Virus record (IMG/VR): IMGVR_UViG_3300032676_001568
Location: 1 to 26,043 of that record
DNA: 26,043 nucleotides
Strand: one strand, 5' to 3'
DNA from: a virus
Taxonomy: Duplodnaviria; Caudoviricetes
Part shown: positions 8,680-17,852 of the stretch, in pieces
Layout: each line of letters begins with the position of its first letter
Position numbering within the stretch: position 1 is the first letter of the stretch
The notes under the pieces: model-generated
Seen by the model: the letters and a program-made list of their open reading frames with translations, nothing else
What the model was told of the DNA's origin: nothing
Databases searched by the model: none
Program-made: the position numbers and the translations under genes

Positions 8680-9153
8680 ATGACAACTCAACTCACACCC
8701 GCCCAACACGCCATCCTCGCTTACGCCCATCAGCACACCGAAGGCAAGATCGTCTGGTTCCCGGAAAACATCAAAGGTGGCGCGCGCAACAAGGTCCTTG
8801 CAGGACTCGTCAATCGCGCCCTCATCACCACAGACCAGACGGACTGGTTTATCGCTGCCGAGGGTTACGACGCGCTCGGTATTCCACGCAAGGCGCCGGT
8901 CAGCGTCGAGGCACTTGATGCGGTCATCGAATCGGCCACGCCACGCACGCGCGAGAACAGCAAGCAAGCCCAGGTGATCGCCATGCTCAAGCGTCCCGAG
9001 GGCGCGACCATCGCACAAATTTGCGAAGCGACTGGGTGGCAGGCACATACGGTGCGCGGCACCTTTGCCGGCGCGTTCAAGAAGAAACTCGGACTGGAAA
9101 TCACCTCAAGCAAGGAACCAGGCAGCGAGCGGATTTACACGATCGCCGGTTGA
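8680..9153 (+). CDS. DUF3489-like protein (C-terminal HTH)
   Basis: AGGAG RBS; SKQAQVIAMLKRPEGATIAQICEATGWQAHTVRG signature. Confidence 0.85.
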   Translation: MTTQLTPAQHAILAYAHQHTEGKIVWFPENIKGGARNKVLAGLVNRALITTDQTDWFIAAEGYDALGIPRKAPVSVEALDAVIESATPRTRENSKQAQVIAMLKRPEGATIAQICEATGWQAHTVRGTFAGAFKKKLGLEITSSKEPGSERIYTIAG

Positions 9154-10388
9154 TCCATCTCGGACGGAAGTCCGAATGTCGCGCCATCACTGGCGCGTTT
9201 TGCTGCTTGTCCGGTGTAGTCCTGCCAGCGACGAACGATCACATCGACATACTGCGGATCGAGCTCGATCAGTCGTGCCCGACGTCCTGTTTTTTCGCAG
9301 GCGATCAGCGTTGTTCCTGAGCCGCCGAAGGGGTCGAGCACGATGTCCTGTGTCTTGCTGCTGTTGCGCACGGCACGTTCCACCAGCTCGACCGGCTTCA
9401 TCGTTGGGTGCAGGTCATTTTTCTGTGGTTTCTTGATGTTCCAGACGTCGCCTTGGTCACGGGCACCGCACCAGAAGTGATCGGTGCCATCGCGCCAGCC
9501 ATACAGAATCGGCTCATATTGGCGCTGGTAATCGGCACGTCCAAGCGTAAAAGTGTTCTTGGCCCAGATGATGAACGTTGACCATTTGCCGCCAGCAGTG
9601 CGGAAGGCCGACTGCAGGGTGTCGAGTTCCGAGGAACTCATGGCAATGTAGACCGCACCCTTTGTGACGGTCAGAATGTTCTGGCAGGCGGCAACGAGAA
9701 ACGCCCCGAATCCGTCACCCAGGTTGTCGTTCAGGATGGGACGGTTTTTGCCGCGCATCTTGTCTTTGGCGGTGTTGGCGTAATTCACGTTGTACGGTGG
9801 ATCGGTGAACGTCATGTCGACCAGTTCGTCACCGAGCAGCGTCTGGTAGTCCTCGGACTTGGTGGCATCGCCACACAGCAGCTTATGCTCGCCCAGCAGC
9901 CATACATCGCCGGTTCTGGAAATAGGCGTTTCGGTTACCTCGGGAACGGCATCATCATCGGTAAGACCGTCAGTGGCATTGTCTCCTGCAATCAATGCTT
10001 CCCACTCTTCCGGCGAAAATCCCGTCAACCCAAGGTCGAAGCCAGCTTCTTTCAATTCAGCCAATTCAATGCCGAGCAGTTCATCTTCCCATGATGCGTT
10101 TTCACCGATCTTGTTGTCGGCCAGGATCAGTGCCCGGCGCTGGGTGTCGGTCAGATGTTCCAGCGGCACGACGGGAATATCTGTCATGCCGAGCTTGCGG
10201 GCGGCCAGCAACCGGCCATGGCCCGCAATCACATTGTTCTGACCATCCACCAGAATCGGTGCGCCCCAGCCGAACTCACGGATGCTGGCAGCGATCTGCG
10301 CCACTTGCGCATCCGAATGCTGCTTGGCATTGCGGGCGTAGGGAATCAGCGAATCAATCGGTCGGTAATGAATCTGCAGTGTGCTCAT
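9135..10388 (-). CDS. ParB-N domain fused to an N6A/N4C DNA methyltransferase
   Basis: PYARNA, IAGHGR and LADNK (ParB-N); TDPPY, HPTMKPV and DPFGGSGTT (methylase). Confidence 0.93.
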   Translation of the reverse strand: MSTLQIHYRPIDSLIPYARNAKQHSDAQVAQIAASIREFGWGAPILVDGQNNVIAGHGRLLAARKLGMTDIPVVPLEHLTDTQRRALILADNKIGENASWEDELLGIELAELKEAGFDLGLTGFSPEEWEALIAGDNATDGLTDDDAVPEVTETPISRTGDVWLLGEHKLLCGDATKSEDYQTLLGDELVDMTFTDPPYNVNYANTAKDKMRGKNRPILNDNLGDGFGAFLVAACQNILTVTKGAVYIAMSSSELDTLQSAFRTAGGKWSTFIIWAKNTFTLGRADYQRQYEPILYGWRDGTDHFWCGARDQGDVWNIKKPQKNDLHPTMKPVELVERAVRNSSKTQDIVLDPFGGSGTTLIACEKTGRRARLIELDPQYVDVIVRRWQDYTGQAAKRASDGATFGLPSEMDQPAIV

Positions 10389-10402
10389 TGGCATCCGGAC
10401 AT

Positions 10403-10439
10403 AAAAAAACCCGCCGTGAGTCTTGCTCAGGGGCGGGTT
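10403..10439 (-). terminator. Terminator-like hairpin just upstream of the methylase gene
   Basis: Minus strand AACCCGCC..TGAG-CAAGA-CTCA..GGCGGGTT followed by a T-run. Confidence 0.6.
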
Positions 10440-10594
10440 CGAGGGGTTGGACGTTCATGTATTTGTGCCACTTGGCACTGCTCACACGTCTGTCCAGAAG
10501 ATAGCTGAATAGTACGGCAAAACTCCCCAATGTGTTGCACGCCATAGCCACTCAAAAATGGACAACAACCCAAAATCTTGGACATTGAACGCAA

Positions 10595-11020
10595 TCATTG
10601 CCCTGCGTGACCCAACTGTTCAGATGCAACGACATGCGGTCCGTTGAGTTGATCGACGACGACGCCAATCGCCACCTTCCAACGTCGCCACGCTGTCGAT
10701 CGACAACAGCCGAAACGCCTGCCAATCTCGTTCCAGTCGTAGTTGTCCGCGCGCATCCAGACCAGATGCCGACTCTCTACCTCAAGCCATTGCATCCATG
10801 CCATGGTCTCCAGCATTCGGTCCACATCTGCCGGGTCGGGTGGAAAGTGGAACTTTCTCCCTTCATCCGGGTACCGTTCCCAGGATTGGCGAACCATTGG
10901 TGGCCACAGGTTGAAATAGCCCTGTACGCGCACAGGTGGCAGGCGCCGACCAGTCACGACAGCATCATAAAACCGTGCGGCCACGTCTTCGCTGCACCAG
11001 AGAGTGCCGTGTTTAACCAT
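10595..11020 (-). CDS. DUF6362-like putative late transcription regulator
   Basis: RRLPPVRVQGYFNLWP; C-terminal HTH WNEIGRRFGCCRSTAWRRW; last gene of the early operon. Confidence 0.72.
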   Translation of the reverse strand: MVKHGTLWCSEDVAARFYDAVVTGRRLPPVRVQGYFNLWPPMVRQSWERYPDEGRKFHFPPDPADVDRMLETMAWMQWLEVESRHLVWMRADNYDWNEIGRRFGCCRSTAWRRWKVAIGVVVDQLNGPHVVASEQLGHAGQ

Positions 11021-11216
11021 GGCGTCGTCCTCCGTACAGGCGTTCCCCGATCCGACGGATCAACTGGCGCTCGACATAGTCCAGACGCGCATCGGTCTCA
11101 GATACCACCAGAATGTGCTGCTCCTGCCAGCCGCGCTGCTTGACGGCATCGATGTCGACAGGCTCGGACTGCATGCTGCCCAACGGCGATGGATAACGGG
11201 GCGATGGAATTTTCAT
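11013..11216 (-). CDS. Hypothetical protein (67 aa)
   Basis: GGAGG RBS; start MKIPSP; stop overlaps next start. Confidence 0.7.
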   Translation of the reverse strand: MKIPSPRYPSPLGSMQSEPVDIDAVKQRGWQEQHILVVSETDARLDYVERQLIRRIGERLYGGRRHG

Positions 11217-11217
11217 G

Positions 11218-11844
11218 TCAGGCCTCCTGTGTATCAATGGCCCAGTGCAGCAATGCCAGGGCGTCGGCTTCGTTGTCGTCAGTGACCGCATATCCCTTTG
11301 CGCGCATGGCAGCGATGACCTCGTCCTTGCTGGCGTTGCCTTTTCCGGTCGCGTGCTTCTTGATCGTGCCAACGGGGACACCCAGGTACGGGATGTTGTG
11401 GTGCTCGCACCATGCGGTGAGGGTAGCCATCAGGCCGCCATAGACATGGGCAGCATCCACGCCGGCGTGACGGCGTACCTCCTCGAAATACACGACGTGG
11501 ATGTCGGTCGCGATGGCCTTGAGTTCGGTGAGCCAGCGTTTGAATTTGAGGTAACGCATACCGCCGCCCTCGAAGCGTTGCGTCCGAAAACTCGCGAAAC
11601 CATGTGCAATCGGGCCGTCGCCAGGACGCAGTGCCCAACCTGTGGTGGTACCCAGATCAATGCCCAAGATGGTCAGCGTGTGACCGGCAGGAGCGCCGAG
11701 TTCGATCACGTTGCCGACTCGGTCTGACGCAGCGGACTCAGCACAACGTAACTCCTCTTTAGGTGCGCCCGCGCGCACGTGTAGCAAGTTAATGTTGTGA
11801 GTTGTCAGCTGCGTCAGACCGTGGCTGGAATTTGCATTTTTCAT
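11218..11844 (-). CDS. RuvC-like Holliday junction resolvase (start uncertain: ATG 11844 or GTG 11709)
   Basis: ILGIDLGTTTGWA, YFEEV, IKKHATGKGNASK and DDNEADALA catalytic motifs. Confidence 0.85.
   Translation of the reverse strand: MKNANSSHGLTQLTTHNINLLHVRAGAPKEELRCAESAASDRVGNVIELGAPAGHTLTILGIDLGTTTGWALRPGDGPIAHGFASFRTQRFEGGGMRYLKFKRWLTELKAIATDIHVVYFEEVRRHAGVDAAHVYGGLMATLTAWCEHHNIPYLGVPVGTIKKHATGKGNASKDEVIAAMRAKGYAVTDDNEADALALLHWAIDTQEA
11720..11821. repeat. Long imperfect inverted repeat, candidate replication origin
   Basis: CGGTCTGACGCAGC (11720-11733) and its perfect complement (11808-11821), extending imperfectly to ~34 bp arms. Confidence 0.7.
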
Positions 11845-11855
11845 GATGATCAGCC

Positions 11856-14162
11856 TCAGTTGTCGATGTAGGGATAGGACGGCCGCGCCATGCTGGTAGG
11901 CTCTTTCAGGCCAATGCCAACGAAGCCGCGCATGCCACCGCTGTTGCGCCATTTCTCGAAGCGCCGGGTCAGTAGTGCATCCGAGAATCGACGCATAGCG
12001 CCCACGAATTCACCGTTGGAGTCTGCCCACTGCTTCCAGTCGTTGAACAACTCAAAGGTCAGCGCCTTGGCGTTGCCATGTAATACGCAGCGATCCTCGA
12101 TCCAGCGTCCCATGGCGTCCTCGGCCTCGAAATACTCTTCGGTCGCATCCATCACGCTTTGCGGCTGCTTGAGACCGGACTGTTGCCACAGCAGACAACC
12201 TTCCAGCGCCCACGCCAAGATGCCGTCGCGCTCTTGCAGCAGTTTCTCGGTGAGCTTGCCGTCGCGGCGATCGGGCGGAATCGTCACCGTGAACGGAATC
12301 AGGTGCAGTCGCCGCTTCATGGCCTCGTCGACGTTGCGAATCGATGGCTTGTGGTTACCGGCAATGACCAGCTTGAAGTGCGGCGTGTAGTCGAAAAAGT
12401 CCTGACGCATGAAGCGCGCAGACACCTTGTCACCACCCGTGATGGTTTTGATCTTGGATTCGTTCCAGCGCCGCCCCTGCTCGGTCTCGATCGACGCAAC
12501 AAAGCGCGCACCACGCAGACCTGCCAGGTCGGTGGGATGGCGATCGGAGCGCGTTTCCATGAACGTGTCCATGGGCGCATTGGCCGCGTAGTCGCCGAGA
12601 ATGGTGGCGATCACGTTCACGAATACCGATTTGCCGTTGGCCCCTGTGCCGTACAGGAAAAACAGCGCGTGTTCGCTGGTCACGCCAGTCAGGCAGTAAC
12701 CCACCATACGCTGCAGATAAATCATGAGCTCGGCGTCTCCGCCAGTCACGTCTGACAAGAAGCTGCGCCAGATCGGGCAACAACCTTTCGGAACCGCAGT
12801 GGCAACCTTGGTCATGCGGTCGGCACGTTCATGCGCACGGATATGTCCTGTACGCAGATCCACCACGCCGCCCGACGTATTCAAAACCCAGACGTCGGCA
12901 TCCCAATGCTCAGCTAAAGATGCGTGCTTGGGATCGCTGCGCGCGATGCGCTCTACCGCGCTGATGGTGGAGGAACTGGCCAGGCGCGCCCGCAGTCGTG
13001 GTGTATCGGCCTTGAAAGAAGCAGCGCGGCAGATGTTGCGCGACAGGTGCTGGATGTAGAGCATCTGGTCGGGATTCCAGCGTATGCCGGTCCACACCAG
13101 CCATTTGCCCCATTGCGCACAGTAGCGCCAGTCCTCGCCATAACGGCGAGTGAATGCAGTGGCCAGCCCATCCTCGGTGGTCCAGTCGATGCCCTCGACC
13201 AGTGCGTCATCGATCGGCGCATCCGTTTGCACGGACACCGGCACGCGGTCCCCCGTGGCGAGGAAGCCCCGGACGTCAAAACCTTCTGCAATGGCGTCAA
13301 ACGCATCCCAGCCCTCGGGTTTGTCGGCTGGCGGATAGAGGATGGCGCACGACGCCGCACCGACCATCAAAATGGCCTGAGATGCGCGGTCGGCGTATTC
13401 CCAGCCTGGTTTGTCACGATCCGGCCAGATCAGAACGGCCTTGCCGATCAGGGGTGACCAGTCGGTTTTATCGACCGGCGCATTGGCGCCGTGCATGGCC
13501 GTGGTGGCACAGACGCCTAAACCGATCAGCGCCTGCGCACACTTCTCGCCCTCGACCAGAACAATTGCTTCGGCTGCGTCGGTGCGCACCATGCCCGGCT
13601 GGTTGTACAGCGGGCGCGGATTGGGTGGAGCCATCTTGCGGCGATTGGCATCCCACGGTCTGAATTCCTTGCGCCGACCGGGTGGGTCATAGCGATAAAC
13701 CACCGCGATCAGCGTGCCGGCGGCGTCCAGATAGTCCCACTTGGCAGTGGCCTGACCAAGATCATCGACGGGCACTTCGCGTTTGGCCTTGCGCAGCGGG
13801 GCGGGACTGGCACGCCCGGTGAGATCACTGGCGTACTGCAACACCCGCGCGAAATCGGTGTGCACATCCACCGCCAGATACCGCGCGATCAAATCGAAGA
13901 TGTCGCCACCATCGCCTGTTGCGCGATCGGTCCATAACCCAGCTTTTTCGCTATCGAGGACGATCTCCAGGCTGTCACCCGGACTGCCTAATACGTCACC
14001 GATATGAAACTTGCCGCGCCGAACTTTGCCAGCCGGAAAAATGCTGAGCAATACCGATTCAAGCCGCGCCAGCAAGGCCGCCCGGATTTCTTCTCGCTGA
14101 TGATCGCCATTACCTGTGCGTGGAGTCGCGGCCAAATCTCCGTCATCGTTGAAGTCGATCAT
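11856..14162 (-). CDS. Primase-helicase: TOPRIM domain plus D5/P4-family SF3 helicase
   Basis: VLVEGEK and PDRD (TOPRIM); GTGANGKS Walker A; KTITGGD, ARFMRQD and GNHKP motifs. Confidence 0.93.
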   Translation of the reverse strand: MIDFNDDGDLAATPRTGNGDHQREEIRAALLARLESVLLSIFPAGKVRRGKFHIGDVLGSPGDSLEIVLDSEKAGLWTDRATGDGGDIFDLIARYLAVDVHTDFARVLQYASDLTGRASPAPLRKAKREVPVDDLGQATAKWDYLDAAGTLIAVVYRYDPPGRRKEFRPWDANRRKMAPPNPRPLYNQPGMVRTDAAEAIVLVEGEKCAQALIGLGVCATTAMHGANAPVDKTDWSPLIGKAVLIWPDRDKPGWEYADRASQAILMVGAASCAILYPPADKPEGWDAFDAIAEGFDVRGFLATGDRVPVSVQTDAPIDDALVEGIDWTTEDGLATAFTRRYGEDWRYCAQWGKWLVWTGIRWNPDQMLYIQHLSRNICRAASFKADTPRLRARLASSSTISAVERIARSDPKHASLAEHWDADVWVLNTSGGVVDLRTGHIRAHERADRMTKVATAVPKGCCPIWRSFLSDVTGGDAELMIYLQRMVGYCLTGVTSEHALFFLYGTGANGKSVFVNVIATILGDYAANAPMDTFMETRSDRHPTDLAGLRGARFVASIETEQGRRWNESKIKTITGGDKVSARFMRQDFFDYTPHFKLVIAGNHKPSIRNVDEAMKRRLHLIPFTVTIPPDRRDGKLTEKLLQERDGILAWALEGCLLWQQSGLKQPQSVMDATEEYFEAEDAMGRWIEDRCVLHGNAKALTFELFNDWKQWADSNGEFVGAMRRFSDALLTRRFEKWRNSGGMRGFVGIGLKEPTSMARPSYPYIDN

Positions 14163-14395
14163 TCGGCCTCCTTGATGCCAGGCTGGGCACTCTCGCTTTG
14201 TGCCCACGTTGTGAGTTCGGACATGCGAAATCGAACCAGTCCACCCAGCAGGTAGTGGGGAATCCGTTTGGCTGAGCGCATGCTGCGATCGCTGAACCAG
14301 TAGTACGGCAGGCGAAGTGCATAGGAGGCTTGGCGGGCGTCGACCATGCCTTCGCTGGTCATCGGCATTGGGAGATGCACGTTCTCGTCATTCAT
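14159..14395 (-). CDS. Small Xis/AlpA-like HTH protein
   Basis: IPHYLLGGLVRFRMSELTTW wing motif; ATGA overlaps on both sides. Confidence 0.7.
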   Translation of the reverse strand: MNDENVHLPMPMTSEGMVDARQASYALRLPYYWFSDRSMRSAKRIPHYLLGGLVRFRMSELTTWAQSESAQPGIKEAE

Positions 14396-15129
14396 GGTTT
14401 TGTCCTCCAGCAACGATCTGCCCACGCGCAGAACTTGCATTCGAAATGGGTGGAATCGGTGAACGATCGCGGCAGCAGATCGCCAGCCTCACTGGCCTGG
14501 ATCACGCGGGCGGCGCGGTCGGACATGCGCTGCGCCAGGGCTGCGTCGAACGGAATCAGTTCGGCATAGATTTCCATCGTGTCGGCATTGACGGCGGTGA
14601 ACAGTGCCGGGTGCTCGTGCAACTCGAGGTAGCTCTGGTACAGGGCGATCTGCGCGGCATACACGGGTTTGGATACGGCCAGCTTGTGTTTTTCAACATC
14701 GCGCCAGGACTTGGCACCAAGGCATTTGTTCTCCCACAGCGATGGGTAGGCAAAGCCATCGGGGCCACCGATCAAAACGCCGTCGACGTGCCCACGCAGG
14801 CGACCACCTGCCACCGAAAAACCAAACTGCTGACCGTTGGCGTCTTCGGTTTTGAGCTGGAAACCCGCCATGCGCAGCCAGCGGATCACCATGTCCTCGG
14901 TGCGGTGCCCACGCTCGAAAATGCGCAGCAGTCGCCCTGAGAATCCCTTGCCGTGATCGACCGGTGCGTGAACGTACTCGTACTGCAGTTGGCGTTCGCA
15001 GGCAGCACCCAGGCGCGATGCACCCAGGTACTCACGCGGTGGCGTTGCATCCCGTTCTGCTTCCAGTGCAATGTCGAACAGTTCCTGCAGCCGGCCCGAG
15101 AGACTGGCCGATGAATTGAAATCGATCAT
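14392..15129 (-). CDS. Cas4-like PD-(D/E)XK exonuclease with putative Fe-S cluster
   Basis: GASRLGAAC, RGH, GHVDG, ENK, QIALYQ and C-terminal CKFC-x4-C. Confidence 0.88.
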   Translation of the reverse strand: MIDFNSSASLSGRLQELFDIALEAERDATPPREYLGASRLGAACERQLQYEYVHAPVDHGKGFSGRLLRIFERGHRTEDMVIRWLRMAGFQLKTEDANGQQFGFSVAGGRLRGHVDGVLIGGPDGFAYPSLWENKCLGAKSWRDVEKHKLAVSKPVYAAQIALYQSYLELHEHPALFTAVNADTMEIYAELIPFDAALAQRMSDRAARVIQASEAGDLLPRSFTDSTHFECKFCAWADRCWRTKP

Positions 15130-15629
15130 GGCGTGGTCTTCCATGGCAGGTCATCCTCCATGTCCGCGAACGGGTTCTCCTGCACGGGCGGTAGCGACTC
15201 GCGGATGGGATCGTTGACAGGCCTCGTACCGGGCATGCGCACTGGTGGATACTTGGTGCGTTCATGCTGCGCGGCCATCTCATCGACGTAGGCAGTGACG
15301 ATGGCCTCGATCACGGACAGCGCCTCCGCTTCGGAGTAAGCCCCGAGGGGCTTGTCGAAACCGATGGCGGCAGCCGCTTCACCGAAGAACTTGAGGCACA
15401 TGCGCATGGCGGCTTTTTCCAGCGGAGTGGCATCAACCATGGCAGCCTCCGGCGGCAAACCGTTGTCTAGCGCACTGCGCCATGACCCGTACATCTTGTG
15501 AAACGCGTCCTGGCAGCGGCGTGAACAAAACACCCAGTCGATTGGGTAACGGCGCACGTCGCCCACTCGGTGCCGATTCTCGGTGTGACCATAGCCGCGC
15601 GCTTCGCGTGAACAGACCCAACATTTCAT
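15126..15629 (-). CDS. DUF6511-like zinc-finger protein
   Basis: N-terminal CWVC and FCSRRCQ; GFDKPLGAYS motif. Confidence 0.7.
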   Translation of the reverse strand: MKCWVCSREARGYGHTENRHRVGDVRRYPIDWVFCSRRCQDAFHKMYGSWRSALDNGLPPEAAMVDATPLEKAAMRMCLKFFGEAAAAIGFDKPLGAYSEAEALSVIEAIVTAYVDEMAAQHERTKYPPVRMPGTRPVNDPIRESLPPVQENPFADMEDDLPWKTTP

Positions 15630-15641
15630 GGCGGGCTCTCA

Positions 15642-16271
15642 TTACTGTGCCCACGACGGTTTGCCAGTCGCAGATGCTGGAGTCGGGCGTGCTGGTGCAA
15701 TAGGTGCCGTCGGCGCCGCGTGACCCGTACCAGCGACCGCCTTGGTCACGCCACCCATGAGTGCCGTGTAATCTTTGTGATCCGGCTCGATGGCCAGCTT
15801 CACAACGTTGCGGTCTTCACCCTTGGCGTCCTTCTCCACATCGACGCGCGCGATGAATTCGATGCCGTCCAGATCCGCGAAGCTGTTGATCCGGCGCGCG
15901 GCAGCCGCTTGCGGCGTGTTGTCCTGGGGGTGAACATTGCGCGAGCTATTAAGCGCGGCGCGAATGAAGCTGCGACCCATCTGACCCCAGGTTGGTCCCT
16001 TCTTGGAATGCAGGCCGACGTTGGACCACATCTTGCGTTTGGCGAAAGGACCGCCGGTGACGACGAATTCGCAGGACAGAAACACCGCGCCGGTCTCAAA
16101 GGACTCGGTGGCGTAACCACCAGTCCAGCCTTGACTAAGGTCGTCATGGCCGCCGGGTTTGATGGTCATGCGCAACGGCACGATGGTGCCCTTGGGGATC
16201 AGGTCGAATGCGCCGTGCTGTGCTTCGGCGTCGTTGAAATCGTTCCAGTTGCTGGAGGTATTGGCGTTCAT
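15642..16271 (-). CDS. Phage ssDNA-binding-like protein (DUF669/gp2.5 type)
   Basis: FDLIPKGT, CEFVVTGGPFAKRKMW; Pro/Ala tail ending PSWAQ; follows the Sak4-like ATPase; AAAGGA RBS. Confidence 0.72.
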   Translation of the reverse strand: MNANTSSNWNDFNDAEAQHGAFDLIPKGTIVPLRMTIKPGGHDDLSQGWTGGYATESFETGAVFLSCEFVVTGGPFAKRKMWSNVGLHSKKGPTWGQMGRSFIRAALNSSRNVHPQDNTPQAAAARRINSFADLDGIEFIARVDVEKDAKGEDRNVVKLAIEPDHKDYTALMGGVTKAVAGTGHAAPTAPIAPARPTPASATGKPSWAQ

Positions 16272-16281
16272 GGCGTTTCCT

Positions 16282-17106
16282 TTAATTTGATGAGGTCGAT
16301 GCCGGGGCGGTCTGGCCGAGGCACTTGGCGATAAGTTTTCCGAGGTGGGGCTCTTCGATGGCTTCCAGGCGGCCGCTGCGATCCTTGGCGGGGAAGCCAA
16401 ACGGGTTGTCCGCGCGGGTGACGAAGCCCCGATAGCTGCTGCCGTCGTCGGCCTTCAGGACCGAGAGCACGACGACCTCGTCCAGCACGCCGGGCAATTC
16501 CAGTGCGGTCTTGCTGCCTTCCAGTTGCAGCTGGTAGTAGCGGCGGTTGAAGTCGTCGGTTTTTTCTTCCAGGATGGCGACGTAGATGACGTGCTTGTCA
16601 CGGACGTGCTGCAGGTGCGTGAGCGCGGTGATCATTTCTTGGCCTAAGAGGCCATACGCGCCCCTGTTGTCGGGCTTGCCGGTCTTCTCGCTCATGGCCT
16701 GCGGCTGGGTCTTGCACCAGGCAAAACACAAGCGCGAGAGCACGGTCAGGCTGTCGACGAAGTAGGTGTCGTACTTGGCCAGTTGCGCCGGGTCACCAAA
16801 CTTGGTGCAGACATGCTCGAAGTGCGCCTGTGAGAAGGCTTGATCGGCGCTGGCCGTGGGCATCGGGCCGGCAAGGAACACCACCAGATCGCGAAATTCT
16901 GGCCAGGTGCGCGGACGCACCGTGTCACCAGGCCAGTCACGCACCGACAGGTCACCGGCTTCCAGATCCACAAACAGGGTGGTCTCCGGCGGCAGCGTTT
17001 TGAGCTGCGTGGTTTTGCCCACGCCCGGGACACCAACCAGTCCGACTTTGGCGCTGTGACGTTCTTTCAGCCGATCTTCGGCAGAGATGATTGGGAGTGC
17101 CATCAC
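16282..17106 (-). CDS. AAA_24 / Sak4-like ATPase (single-strand annealing)
   Basis: GVPGVGKT Walker A, DLEAG, FVDSLT and AKDRSGRL motifs. Confidence 0.88.
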   Translation of the reverse strand: MMALPIISAEDRLKERHSAKVGLVGVPGVGKTTQLKTLPPETTLFVDLEAGDLSVRDWPGDTVRPRTWPEFRDLVVFLAGPMPTASADQAFSQAHFEHVCTKFGDPAQLAKYDTYFVDSLTVLSRLCFAWCKTQPQAMSEKTGKPDNRGAYGLLGQEMITALTHLQHVRDKHVIYVAILEEKTDDFNRRYYQLQLEGSKTALELPGVLDEVVVLSVLKADDGSSYRGFVTRADNPFGFPAKDRSGRLEAIEEPHLGKLIAKCLGQTAPASTSSN

Positions 17107-17852
17107 GCCACCTCACGAATCTGTACGACCACGGTTGGATTCCAGAGGATCTGGTAACCGGAGTGGCCGTTGCGCGAGAACGGCAAGGCCTCAGCCCATT
17201 GCTGGCCAGCGTCGGTCAGTTCCCATTCGTCACGGTCGTTCTTGAATTGAAAGCCCAAGGACTGCAGCCGGGTGTTGACAGCGCGTGCCGACATGCCGAC
17301 GCGTTCACCGACCTGCGTCGGGTTCAAACTGCAGATTGGCTCATTGGCCGCCGGTAGTACCTTGCGCAGGGAGTCGACTGCCAGACCGGTGTTTTCATGG
17401 ATAACGGTCAGCGTCGCGGCCATGGCGATGCCGGGTTTCACGCCGGGCACGCGAGCAATGGCCTCGCCGATGGACAGGATGGCGTTGACGCGATCCTGTG
17501 TTGGTGATGGCAAGGCGGCGACCGACCCGGCTGACGCATATGACCCGGTTTTACGGATTGAGGGCAGCACTTCGTGGGTGACCCAGCGCTTGAAGCGTTT
17601 GGCCTCGGGCTTGCGGCTTCCCAGCACCAGATTGAACAAGCCGGACTCGTTGACTACGGTCATGTCTTGCGGGCCGCCAGGGGTGTGAATTGAATTCACC
17701 CCCTTTTCGTCATCGTCGAGGCGCTCCAGTGCTTTGCGATCAAGGCTCAGCGTAGACAGTACGTCGGCTGCGACAAACATCGGTTCGCCGTTCTCACCCA
17801 TGCACACGCGCACATTGCTTGACTCAAAATTGAATGCGACGAGTTGGTTCAT
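17103..17852 (-). CDS. BRO-N domain antirepressor-type protein
   Basis: GEPMFVAADV, VNESGLFNLVLGSRKPEAKRFKRWVTHEVLPSIRKTGSY. Confidence 0.92.
   Translation of the reverse strand: MNQLVAFNFESSNVRVCMGENGEPMFVAADVLSTLSLDRKALERLDDDEKGVNSIHTPGGPQDMTVVNESGLFNLVLGSRKPEAKRFKRWVTHEVLPSIRKTGSYASAGSVAALPSPTQDRVNAILSIGEAIARVPGVKPGIAMAATLTVIHENTGLAVDSLRKVLPAANEPICSLNPTQVGERVGMSARAVNTRLQSLGFQFKNDRDEWELTDAGQQWAEALPFSRNGHSGYQILWNPTVVVQIREVA

Noticed and set aside
9135-10388. Methylase as part of a restriction-modification system
   Set aside because: No cognate restriction gene adjacent; orphan ParB-fused methylases near terminase genes are common in prophages
14392-15129. Cas4-like gene as evidence of a CRISPR-Cas system
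   Set aside because: No repeat-spacer array or other cas genes seen; solo Cas4-like nucleases are common in phage recombination modules
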